Origin: Obrimoposthia wandeli
Lineage: Eukaryota
DNA: 64,000 nt
Reading direction: 5' to 3'
Assembly: GCA_977020255.1 (NCBI GenBank)
Contig: CDROCS010005134.1
Location: forward strand, 124,001-188,000
The notes beneath the pieces were generated by a model, which did not search any database, was not told where the DNA came from, and was given only the letters and a program-made list of their open reading frames with translations. The position numbers and the translations under genes were made by a program. Each line of letters starts with the position of its first letter. The first letter of the stretch is position 1. Below are positions 42,431-53,693 of the stretch, piece after piece.

Positions 42431-43119
42431 ATGAATCTATCGATTATAAAATTACTACTCATTTGATAAAAAAGCAACTGCTGACCACATTGAAAACAAC
42501 CTGTATTAATTATATATTAATCCATTATTTCAAAGATATCATACAAATGACTTTTAGCGATGAGGGGTCGTTGTGGCATATTTTCTTTTATTTAATCTTT
42601 AAATTTTACAGTTAATTTAATTCGTTTGTTACTCTACGAATGCCTAGAGAAGTAATTTTACCTATAGATTGTAATTTTCTTACATAATGTATATCTGGCA
42701 TTAAATGTTTGTATTCTTTAGGCTGTAAGTTCATGTGAAAACTGCCAGGTGATTTATGGATTTCCCTTCTAACTTCTATGTATTCTAACTGAAGGGCTAT
42801 CCACACCTCAATCCGTAACAAAACTAAACAGAACATTCAATGTGCCTCCAAAATCGATTAAAAAATTCTTATTCTCGTTTATGTCAATGTAAAAAGTACA
42901 GAAAATATTTTTAAAGAATTAAACTCAACAGAACGTGTCTTATAAAAAGTAAAAATATAACATAATGAATTATATTATTCAAGAAAAGTACTCATGTTTC
43001 TTCTGAATTTTTCTTCCGTACAATAATGCCAAGGAATCTGTTGAACAATTGTTTGTCAATTGTTGAACTAAAATGGTTTAAAGATTATTAGAAGTCCCAA
43101 AAAAACAAATTGTTAAAAT

Positions 43120-43320
43120 CGATTATTGTTATGTTTTAAATTAGATGTTCCTCAAGGATATATTCTCGGATAAATTTTGAGAAAACTTGAACATGACTAC
43201 CATTTGTTTGCTCAAGTTTTTGCTGATTTATAAGTTCGGGATTATTTAAATACTTGGGAAATGTTAGAAAAGACAAAATTAAAATTCTTAAAACTAAACG
43301 AAGACAATTTGATCCCCAAA
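43120..43320 (+). mobile_element. possible non-LTR RT fragment
   Basis: DVPQGYILG, LFA and LKLNEDN loosely match GVPQGS.LGP, .FADD and L.LN..K. Very degenerate. Confidence 0.3.
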
Positions 43321-44984
43321 GAATATTAACAACTTAAATGTCATTAGACCGGGTATCGAAGTCGATAAACACTCAAATGAATTTAAAAGCTTTGTAAAAT
43401 ATAGGGGAAATGTACTTGACCCAAATCTGACAAAGGTTTAGACAAATAAACAGAACAGTAAGAACGTTTATGAACTTAATAAAATATTTATTTATGAAAA
43501 TACTTGTCAAAATCAACAACAATTACACTAGGTACTTTATTATCTAAATCAGATTGTCAAATTTTGCTCCTTTACAATACTTCCGAGGGTGAATTGGTCT
43601 TGAAAATTACAACAAAAACATGTCAGTATCAATAATGAACTAAAAGTAACATAACTTCAGTTTCATTTTCAGTTAACTCCGAATGTCTTTCTTTAATCCT
43701 ATTTTAATTTCAATTTCACAAAATGTGATTTCATTGTAATAAACATCAAAATCAACAAAACGTTCTCTCTAAATAATCGCAACCATTGTTAATGTTTAAA
43801 TTTTAAATAGAATTAAACCAAGAAATGAGATCGCATTTTAAGTATTCAAATATCAAATAGCTATGTTCCTCCCTTTATTTTCTTTCAATCGTTGCTGGTA
43901 CCAGAATTGGCACCTAAGTAAGCTGATTTGAATATTTTCACAATTAATTACATAAATACGACATTATGATTGTTGATTTATATTCCACTTTTTTCTCTAT
44001 CCGAGTTTATTTATGTTCAAGTATGTTGTTTTCTAGGCTTGTCTATTATGGCTAAGGTTGGATAGAAATAAAATCTCCCTCTTTGTATTTTGTCTACAAG
44101 TCGATCGAATTCTGGATAATTAAATATAATTTAATTTTTCTGCCAAAAATTCGAATCGATTAAAATTATTTATTATTTACATCGGTTTATAACTTGTTAC
44201 TTTATAATTTCTGTTTCTAACGACTATTTGTTGCCCAAAAGTAAACTTGTGACTTTGGTATCGTTTTTGTTGTTGTTATTGATATTTTGAAGCATTTTCA
44301 AGGGAATACTCACATCTGGACACCCCTGAATATTAAAATACAAAAAGTATAAAATAAATATCAAATATATTGGTTATTTTGAGTAAATGTAAATTATTAA
44401 TGTAAAAATTTTAAACAGTCGATTATTGATAAGGGCGATTTTACATTGATATGAAATTTCAATCAAATACTACTTTCAATTTAATCTTTTTTGAAAGTAG
44501 TAGATATATAGGGCCATCCTGGCTCACCCTGATCAAACTGTAAAATTTCCCAGGCTACAACTAAGAAAATATGACAGTTCAATAGAAGATGACCCTGTAT
44601 ACTTCCTCTTTACACCCCTGCTACCAATACTAACACTATGTGTATAAATATGGTGTCCCCAATAAGTAGAGGCCTAATAAAAAAACATAAACCATTGACA
44701 TGTATTTATTTAATAAAATAAACTTCTTTAGGTATCATTTTGCAGTATAGTTTTCCTTTACCGTAAAGCATTTAATTCCAACGATTCACCATTTTAATAA
44801 AAAGGCCATTTGAAGAATTCTACAAAAAAACATTGTAACCATAAACTTACGACCTCATAATTATTTCTTTAGATGTTTGAAAAGAATGATTTTAATTATT
44901 GACATTGATTATTCTGTTAAGGTTCAGAAAAGGACAAGTTGAGATTAAATTTAAATAAAATTGGCTAGATTTATAGTTCAGGCC

Positions 44985-45620
44985 AAGGACATATTCGGAA
45001 AAACTAAACATAGTATAACTAAAAATAATATTCAAGAATTGAATTTAAAAATAGTTTATTAACCTCAGGTGATCTGGGCTGACTATATTAGTCAGAGTCA
45101 TCTGATACTTCACATCAGTTTCGTAGATTTGAAGAATAGTTATTGTGAGGCAGAACGCACATACAGTGATCATAGTGAGAAAAATAGATTTACTAGATTA
45201 GTCACCATCATGTCGAAGTAGCAAGCAGATACGAGAAAACTTGCTTTAATAGCCAGTAAGCAGAGGAATAATCACTATCTAGTTAAGCATTAATTTCAGT
45301 CATGTAATGTAGTTCTTCAAAACATTCACCGTTTGAAATTATTCATGGAATAAAAATAAAAATTCAAACATCAAGGGTAACAACAACAAACAATAAAGAA
45401 GATATCATTCAAGGTGTAAGGAAAAAACCAACAAATCGCAGCTGAAAAGTTAGAGAAGTTAGATAATGAAAGAAGAGGGGAAAGGATATTTTCAGTTAAT
45501 GAAAGATGCTTGATAAAAAGGATCCAATTAAAAGTAGCAAGAATAGTGACCAGTATGAAGGCCGATATAGAATAATATAATTTTTGAGTTCGCAATATAT
45601 ATCAATTCAGTTTCCAAGAG
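44985..45620 (+). mobile_element. Gypsy integrase remnant
   Basis: HSPFEIIHG and KDPIKSSKNSDQYEGRYRI match the integrase C-terminal motifs SPFE..YG and Y.GPY.I. Confidence 0.6.
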
Positions 45621-48059
45621 GATAGTTATAGTGAAGGGTATAGTTATGTAATGTTCAAATCAGAAGCTGGAAAAATTCGTATTTAAAAATAATAAATTTT
45701 CTGTTTGTAGAATCTGACTCATTTGAATAATGTCTACGAAGAAAAACATACCTGCTTCACAAATAAGTTTCGAATAAACTGACGATAAGGGATAAGTGTA
45801 GAAGACAAAACCGACAGTAACACATTAACTAATCGCTCTCAAAAGTATGGTTACCAATTGCACCGCCTACAAATTAATCTCACCTGCATGAAAACTCAAG
45901 ACTAATTCCTTACATTTTTAAGCAGCAACTTCCCTCAAAATCAACGACCCTCATTGTCTAATTATTTTAAGTTTTCATTACAATTTTCATTTTCATCTCA
46001 GTCCCACCATGCTTTTATCCTTTTTTTAAACAAATAACTAACTCCATTTTCGGAAGAACAACAATAGAACCAAGATTTCGTATAAACTACTTTATGATTT
46101 GTGTAAAAGACTATTTTTAGTTTAGTGATGAACTAATTTTGATTCACATATTCAATTGTGTAATAAATTGTGTTGAACTCCTTACGAATTACATTGTGTT
46201 TTGTAAACATACGTTGTGCCAAAAAAACACAATTAACCTTCAGATTTTGAGAATACTTAGGATATGCCTTAACACGCATGTAATATACTTAAGAACTCGC
46301 AAACTTTTGACTTTCATAAAAAGTGAAACAACAATTAAATAATAAATCCTGAGAAAAATTAATAATAAAAAAATTATCATTTTTTAACCGGATTATTCAG
46401 AAAGGGGGTTCGAGAAAAATTCTTTAATTATTAGTTTGATGTAGGTTTCAATTCTTGATGAGAGAGTGAGTAGCAATAAAAGCGATTAGTAGAATTTAAA
46501 TTACGTCACTGTTTAGCACTGAACAAAAATATAAATTTCGTGACCGGATGCATCGTAAATTAAAATGTAAAGTCTATGTAAGTGTTCGACTAGAAAATAT
46601 TTTTTTTAAATATTACGTTATTTTATAATAAGATTTTAACCTCAAATTAATCAAGGTTAAAATAAATAAATAAAAATATGTTTTAAATTCTGAAATAAAT
46701 GGAGACCTTAAAGATCATAAGTATATGTATATAAATAAAGAACAAAAAGTGCAAATTGCAAGAATATTTGAAAATTATGATTAGTTAGAAATCGTGAAAA
46801 AAAAGATATATAAAATAGAATTCGGCAACATTCCGAATGAGCGAGTGATTTCATATTCAGATTCAAAGCGTAATAAGATTCCGATCACCAACTTCAGAGA
46901 AACGGTCAATTCCGTACATATGGCAAGTAATAAATGAACAACATTCCAATAACACAACAAGAGTTTTAGGGACCTCCCCGTTATCCTGGACACAGACTCT
47001 AATACACAATTAATCAAACTTTCTTCTCAAACTTTAAAAAATTGAGATTAGGTAGGCCACATCCTTCTGTAAGCCCAATCGCTACAGAACTCATATTGAG
47101 ACCTCCATACGAGGATTCAAGGTTTCGTTTAAAAAAAACTCTACATAAACAAAGATTACATATTCAAGATTATAAATTATGAGTAACGTGTATTTGGAAG
47201 TTTGGGCGTATGAATAAGAAGAGGTATACATGAGGTACCCAGGGATAAACGGGGGATCACGTACATGAGGATTTCACAGTTTGATGTGCATGAGTCAGGG
47301 AGAACACATATATCTAATGTAATTCTTAGAAAGCAATTAAGGCAGCAACAGAAAAAACATTGTGAATCATTTATTCAGATATAAACCAAGGCAAATAATA
47401 TGGGAAATAATTGAAGCACTAATTGCTCGGTTGTGAAAATGGAGTTTTTGGTTTTACAAAGCGCAGATTGAGTAATTCACATGATCATTGTCATCACTGA
47501 AATGATGGGTTCTAGGTTAGTTATTGTCAACAACTGGCATTGTTAATAATTTAACAGTCTAACAAAGGATGATTGGACGAATAAATGTCAGTCACAAGAA
47601 TCTCCACATATCCCCACTCTGAATTGATACCATTGTCAACCTTCAATAAAGTATATACAGTGAAACTGGGAAATGAGTTGGATGTAAAATGATCCACGTA
47701 GGCCAAATTACAAATGTTACAATTGTTAGTTTCCTTCTCATGACATGTACTGATAACTTAAAAGTCAACTCAAATAAAATGTTTACGTAAATACACATTG
47801 AACATTCGAAATTTAGTCTTGTTTTATAGATAGAAAATTTATACAGAACTTTCGTATTTTCTAAGCGATTACCTGTGGGTTTATTATTTATTAGAGTGTA
47901 TTGGTTTTCTGATAAACTCTGAACTTCATTTGCTTCATTTAAAAAAATATGAGAACATTTATAACAGTGACGGAAAAATTTATAAATTAAAACATTTATA
48001 ATCTCTTTAAAAAATAGGATTTATACCCAAATCAATATCCTTTGATATTTGTTTATGTT

Positions 48060-48260
48060 CAGTTAAACGAAGCAAAGTGTAATCGAAAAGAATATTTCAC
48101 ATACAAGCTCCAGATTGAATCACAGATTAAAGAAATAAAATTGATCCAAGGCAAAAGAATTCGAGATTGATGAGTCAAAGATTCGCTACTGGCGAAAAAC
48201 AAAAAGAATATGACAAAAATAACTTGATGGAAAGGAACTTTCATAATAAATTCGAGATCC
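48060..48260 (+). mobile_element. pogo-like transposase N-terminal HTH remnant
   Basis: AKEFEIDESKIRYWRK resembles the pogo/Brinker-type HTH A..FGV.E..VR.WRK. Confidence 0.45.
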
Positions 48261-49607
48261 AATTGCTTGAAATATTTCTAAAGGCATGGATCGTTTGTTT
48301 GCAGTGAAACCGAAACAGAAGAACAGGTTGAAGCTGAAAATAAGTTGGATCCCCAAAGCAATACAACCTACTTTCAGGTGTGAAACAGACACAGAATATG
48401 AAGACAATTTTAATGACATAATTACATAATTTTGTGCATTTTAATCATTTTTGTATTTTTTACATTTGAAGATTTAAAAGTTCTAAAAATATTTTAACTA
48501 CAAGAAAATTGTTAAAATATCTAAAATTTGGATTACATAACTATTACTTTTAAAAAAACATACTCGAAACCATGTAACAGTTATTCAATTCCATTTGTCC
48601 GAGAATGAGTAATTCCTCACACGCAAACACGAGTTAACCTCACACGATTTTGGCATTAAATCATACACGCATTTCACAATATTTACACATACCGTTTGCT
48701 GTTTGCATGATATTCTCCAATCTATAATTGACGGTTTAAATATATATTTATATAAAAACTTAATAATTTAATTTCATATTTATATAAAAACTTAATAAGT
48801 TAATTTCACTGCAGTTTATCTTCATAAGCATGTTTGTATCATTTATATTATTAAAAAACTTATTTTTGAATTGATTTCTTATAATTAATATAAGTAGATA
48901 TAAGTAGAATTCTTGGAATATAATACTAGAGTCCCTTTTTAATGAAGAAAGTTTAAAGTTTGAGAATAAGTTGATGGCGTTACATCTTCAATACTCCTAA
49001 TCATTCGTTTTACCAAATATCACGCTGGTAATGAAGTAATACAGTTAGCCGATGTAATTTGGTATTCCTGGTTTGATGACTTTGTTACTTTGGCTTCTTT
49101 AATCTCTTTCCCTAATGCTGGGAATATATATTATCTTTAAGTCTATTAAACAGTTTCTGAAAGCGCCTGAAAGCAAATGTCTTCAAAATAAGCTTTGTGA
49201 AGATGACATACGGTGTTTTCATTGGACCTCAGAATACAAAATAACGTATTAGTATAAGTGAACATTTAATTAAGCTACATTGACTACAAATCAATACCAG
49301 AATTGAATATAATATCCTAATTAGAATCAAAAAATGTATTCTTTCACATAAGGCCGACTATGTAAATGATCTTCTCGAGCCTACTGTAGAACATGTATAT
49401 ACATCTTAGGAGCAACGATGATGACTACAGATTGGTCAAGAAGTTCTCTAAAACAAACAAAGTGATCAAATATTTGAAATTTGTGCACTAAATCTAAACA
49501 AAGATGTACTGATGAATATAAGAAACTGTAACAATATTGTAAAATTTAAGAAACAGCTATAGACTTTACTATTTAGAAAATAATTCGAAAAAAAAGAAAA
49601 CATAGAT

Positions 49608-49703
49608 AGTAGGTGGATGTGTCCGGTCTTATCCACACCCCCTCCCCCCTTTGTCCTTTAAAACCGTGCATGTGTGTGAAGTGAAATTTCGTTTAGGTGT
49701 GTA
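49608..49703 (+). repeat. Polinton left TIR
   Basis: Matches the reverse complement of 16945-17040. It is preceded by ATAGAT (49602-49607), the predicted 6-bp TSD. Confidence 0.9.
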
Positions 49704-49864
49704 GAAAAATTTTCTACCCCCCCTCCCAAACACTCAAAAAAATAATGAACTCCATATAACACCCTTTAAATTTAAAAATCTCATAATGCTCCCAAAATTT
49801 TGATTAAATTTTTAATTAAATTTTAATTAAATTATTTATATGTTTAAATTTTATTAATGTTTTT

Positions 49865-50575
49865 TTGTTGCAGGAACCAATACAATTAACTGAGGAGACA
49901 TGGGCCAAAATTTCTCCATTCCCTAAGAAAAGGATAAAGCGGGCAGAGGTGAAGAAGACGAGGCGCTCGAGAAAATTTCGCACCTCAATTGGCCATTATT
50001 CTGAGGCGGTGATTGGCCTGCAGGAGATTCTCCCATCTCCAGTGGACGACGGTCCAATTTTATACGAGAGGATCCCAGTCTCGCCGATCGAGATAAGTCC
50101 GCCCTCGAGTCAACGACGCCTGCAGGAGACTGTTTCTCCTCGTCCAACAACCAGCCAGAACTTGAAGAGGGCCTGGGATGACGCTGGTTTGGACGAATTC
50201 CTGGCGGAACTGGATACATCGGCAATGCTTCCAGATTTGCGTGGGCAACAGGATGCCGTCTCACACCAGCTTCAGCGTGAGAAGGAGGAGAAACAGAAGA
50301 AAGCTCCGCGGAAGAGGAAGGCTACTGCTTCTACGTCGGGGCCATCAACATCGGCTGTACCTCCGCCCAAAATGTTGCGGCAACTATTGCCAAAACCCGA
50401 GGGAAGGACAATTGCTACAAAGCAACCGGTGAAGCGGAAAAAGAAACCGGGCCGGCCAAAGAAGAAGGAACCAGTACCGCTTTCTCCAATTATACTAAGT
50501 CGGAGGGATTACGACCCGGATGATCCCAATGATGACTTCGTAAAAATGTTCAAAAATATAATTTACAAAAATTAG
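49865..50575 (+). CDS. Polinton accessory protein, basic/Pro-rich, AT-hook-like motif
   Basis: A 236-codon GC-richer ORF containing KKPGRPKK, NLS-like clusters and several SP sites. There is no in-frame ATG at the start. The start may be a splice acceptor (TTGCAG|GAA at 49873) or an ATG at 49857 displaced by a T7 run. Confidence 0.75.
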   Translation: MLQEPIQLTEETWAKISPFPKKRIKRAEVKKTRRSRKFRTSIGHYSEAVIGLQEILPSPVDDGPILYERIPVSPIEISPPSSQRRLQETVSPRPTTSQNLKRAWDDAGLDEFLAELDTSAMLPDLRGQQDAVSHQLQREKEEKQKKAPRKRKATASTSGPSTSAVPPPKMLRQLLPKPEGRTIATKQPVKRKKKPGRPKKKEPVPLSPIILSRRDYDPDDPNDDFVKMFKNIIYKN

Positions 50576-50868
50576 TTTCTTGTGTTGTTTTTTTATTATT
50601 ATTTATTTTAGAATTTAGTAATATTAAAATATACTACTTAAGTTTATTAAAATAACAAGATTAAAAATAAAGTTAACTTATTCGAATGTGATTGGATTAT
50701 TAAGGAATAATTTCAATTTTTTTAGGATTAAATATAAATGCAATGATTAGTTATATATTTATTAAACTTTCATTTGATAAATATATTTTAATTGCTTGTG
50801 ATTGGATTAAAAATATCTTAAATTTATATATATAGGTTCAAATTTATAAATATCTTCATAATTAAAAA

Positions 50869-51252
50869 ATGGAATTTATTAAATTGCAAAGTTTGGTGAC
50901 GAAGATCGAGGCAAACATAAGAATAAATGAGAAGAAAGGAGACATAAGAAAGAGGGTCCTCAACCAGAATTTGTATACTGCTGTCGCGACCGAGTGGAAT
51001 CGTCGGGTGGAGATTCAGGACAGGCGGCTAGCAGAACGACGTCGGGTCGTGGAGTGGAACAAGAAAATCAAAATGGAAAAAAAGAAGGTGGAGGAAAAAA
51101 GAAGAGAAGAGACGGAGGATGTTCGGCGAGCAGCAAGAAAGCGAATCCTCCAGATTAAACCGGAAGAGGGTCCTTCCACAAATTTTTTTTTTATTGATTA
51201 CTTTGTCTTTATTCATTATGTTATAAAATTGTCTAAATATAAAATTGTCTAA
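50869..51252 (+). CDS. Polinton accessory protein, charged helical
   Basis: ATG ORF rich in K/R/E. TATAAATA lies at 50845 and ATTGG boxes at 50691 and 50801. Confidence 0.7.
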   Translation: MEFIKLQSLVTKIEANIRINEKKGDIRKRVLNQNLYTAVATEWNRRVEIQDRRLAERRRVVEWNKKIKMEKKKVEEKRREETEDVRRAARKRILQIKPEEGPSTNFFFIDYFVFIHYVIKLSKYKIV

Positions 51253-51335
51253 ATACTACCTCGTTATTTTAATAAATTGTTGATTAACAGTTTTTCGTTA
51301 AAAAACAACGGGATTTGCTACAAATTTGGGTAATT

Positions 51336-51824
51336 ATGCAGGAATATATCATAGATTTTGAGGCTTTCATTAACAAAAATGGGGATTATATTATAAAAGA
51401 ATTATGTATTATGGATGTATGCGCCGTTTTTCATCCTTTGCATTTCATATTTCATATAGATATCCCATTTAAAAGTTTAGATTATAAGAAAAAATTTACT
51501 AATTTATATCTAACTAAATATTTCCATTTATTAAAATGGATAGAAGGACATAAGGCTTTTTGTGAAATATGTATTTTCGATACTATTAAATCTAATTTTG
51601 ATATTGTAAATGGAATTTTTTATGTTTTAGATGAAATGGATGGCCAAAAATATAAGACTTTAAAAAAATATTTTCCTAAATTGAGGTTGAATACTTTAAA
51701 TATTTCACGTGATCATCTATTAAAAATTCCACAAAATATTTGCTGTCCATATCGTAATCATGGTGACCATTGCGCATATAAAAAATGTTTAAGTCTTTCT
51801 TATTATTACTTGACATGTAGATAA
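51336..51824 (+). CDS. DEDD/RNase H-fold-like protein with Cys/His-rich C-terminus
   Basis: The N-terminal YIIDFEAF...YIIKELCI resembles an ExoI DxE strand-hairpin, and the C-terminus reads CCPYRNHGDHCAYKKC. The first ATG is at 51336. Confidence 0.6.
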   Translation: MQEYIIDFEAFINKNGDYIIKELCIMDVCAVFHPLHFIFHIDIPFKSLDYKKKFTNLYLTKYFHLLKWIEGHKAFCEICIFDTIKSNFDIVNGIFYVLDEMDGQKYKTLKKYFPKLRLNTLNISRDHLLKIPQNICCPYRNHGDHCAYKKCLSLSYYYLTCR

Positions 51825-52090
51825 ACAATTATTCTAATTGGAGGAATTCATTATTAAAATTTTACAATTATTTACAAATAAGCCTTTTGATTGGAGGAAT
51901 AAAATTATTTTTTCAACCAATAACAGATAAACAATCCTTCTCTTTAATAGGAGGAATAAAATTATTTTTTCAACCTATAATAGATAAACAATCCTTCTCT
52001 TTAATTGGAGGAATAAAATTATTTTTTTCAACCAATAACAGATAAACAATCCTTCTCAGTGGAGGAATAAATTCAATTTTTTAATCCAAT
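51820..52090. repeat. 57-bp tandem repeat (3 full plus 2 partial copies) with CCAAT and AGATAA motifs
   Basis: GGAGGAATAAAATTATTTTTTCAACCAATAACAGATAAACAATCCTTCTCTTTAAT begins at 51893, 51950 and 52007, with partial copies at ~51840 and 52061. Confidence 0.9.
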
Positions 52091-52127
52091 AGGAAAAGAG
52101 CATGTGTGCATAAATTTTAGTATATAA
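52086..52127 (+). promoter_or_regulatory. CCAAT plus TATA promoter
   Basis: CCAAT at 52086 and TATATAA at 52121, 48 nt before the ATG at 52169. Confidence 0.6.
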
Positions 52128-52168
52128 GCAAACACTTTCTTAATTTAAATCCCCGATAATTTGAAATA

Positions 52169-53090
52169 ATGCCTATGGTAAGAATTTATTTTTATTATTT
52201 CCTTATTAATATTTATTATTTCAGATTACGTGTAACCTATTCCCTGCATATTGTGGTGCTTCGGCTCCGCATGGAGGGGAGACCTGCATGGAGACAATGT
52301 CTGCATACTATCGGACAAAGTCTCGCGGGCTTCACTTCTTCGTCTGCCCCTTCTGCAGAACAATGGAGGAGAAGGAGTTTCGAGACTTCTTCAGTGAACA
52401 TCGAGCTCACCTATCGTGTTTCACGGCCAACAACAAGAAGAGGGATATCGTGCAATTGGTGCGCAATTCGCAGGCCACTCCAGCTCCTGCTCCAATTCCA
52501 GTTGCAGTCGATCAACCCTTTTACGGTCCTGCCATTGGTCCTTCTCTCCCGGCTCCTGATTCTGCTGCTGCCCCATCCACTCAAATGTCTAACAATGAGT
52601 GGATGAATGACATATCCGAAGAAGATTTCACGGAGTTGGCGCCAGCAACCCAATTCTCAAACAATGACTGGATGCGAAATATCACCCAGTCAGATTTCGA
52701 GATGGAGCAGCCTCAGTGGAGCGACAACAGCTGGTTGGAGACCATCGAGGAATCCAATTTTGTCGAGTCAACGGACGACAGCTGGATGGATTTCGTCAAT
52801 GAAGAGGACTTCATTCCAGCTCAACTTGGATTGCCATCATTAGGTATTTTTTTATTTTTGTAAATTGTAATTATATATTTTATTTTTTATTATATATTTT
52901 TTATTTTTATTTTTTATTCAGGAAGTACCATGATACAGCCGTCATCCGATAGGACAGCTATGCCTCCCCCATCTCGAGTGCCTACATCGATGTTAGCACG
53001 CCTAAGAGGTAATTTTTTAAAATATATTTATTTTTTAATATATTAATTTCAGCACATGCATATCGACGTCCACAACAGTCGCTTCAATGA
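52169..53090 (+). CDS. four-exon gene, 250 aa: Cys/His-rich N-terminus, Pro/Ala linker, 4 acidic Trp repeats (putative transactivator)
   Basis: Exons 52169-52177, 52225-52843, 52922-53008 and 53053-53090. Three AT-rich GT-AG introns (47, 78, 44 nt) join in frame to 753 nt ending in TGA. Confidence 0.75.
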
Positions 53091-53096
53091 CATCAG

Positions 53097-53693
53097 CTAC
53101 TGATGATCGAGTGTATTTTTGTCGCTGACGACATTATTCAGTTTCTTTAGAGTGCTCGTTTTCGGTACTGTGATAATCTGTTTTACTCTTCTCGGTTCGT
53201 TGCTGCCCTTCTTCGGTTTGACTTCTTTCACAAACGTCACCGTTACTGACTCAAAGATGTCGCCCACCTTCTTGTCTGGCGTTTCGTCTGGGAATTTCAG
53301 GCCAGTTTTCGTGATTCTGTTTGGCTTCTTCGGCTTCTTGCCCTCACTGATTCTTACCACGATCTTCTTGTTTCCTGTAGTCAAGACCAAACCGTCTTTC
53401 GGCTTTTTGGGATTTGGTCTCAATTTATCTTCGTCTTCTTTCGTTACCTTTGGTGTCACTTTGATGTCAGTCAGTCTCTTGAGTGACCATACAAGCGCAT
53501 CATCTGCGAAACCAGCATTAGTTGCCTCACCTACAACACGAGCTGCAATTGCCTCAACATCGGCAGCACCTGCTACAGTAGCCCCTTCAACATCAGCTAC
53601 GATTGCCTCAACATCGGCAGCATCAACAATAGCAGCACCTTCAACCTCAGCTGCGATTGTCTCAACTATTAATATAAATAGTTGTCTTCCCGT
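53097..53693 (-). CDS. Ala/Val/acidic-repeat plus Lys/Pro-rich ORF (coding strand uncertain)
   Basis: Open stop-to-stop for 198 codons (VETIAAEVEG...KKPK...), with no ATG. The + strand frame 53119-53796 is also open. Confidence 0.45.
   Translation of the reverse strand, partial: TGRQLFILIVETIAAEVEGAAIVDAADVEAIVADVEGATVAGAADVEAIAARVVGEATNAGFADDALVWSLKRLTDIKVTPKVTKEDEDKLRPNPKKPKDGLVLTTGNKKIVVRISEGKKPKKPNRITKTGLKFPDETPDKKVGDIFESVTVTFVKEVKPKKGSNEPRRVKQIITVPKTSTLKKLNNVVSDKNTLDHQ

Noticed and set aside
17041-49607. One composite element bounded by the two TIRs
   Set aside because: The ends face away from the intervening DNA, and the flanking 6-mers differ (AGCTTG vs ATAGAT), so these are two insertions.
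52169-52606. 145-aa unspliced ORF as the real gene
   Set aside because: It reads through an AT-rich GT-AG intron. The other frame carries the Cys/His cluster and conserved repeats and splices in frame across three introns. An intron-retention product is not excluded.
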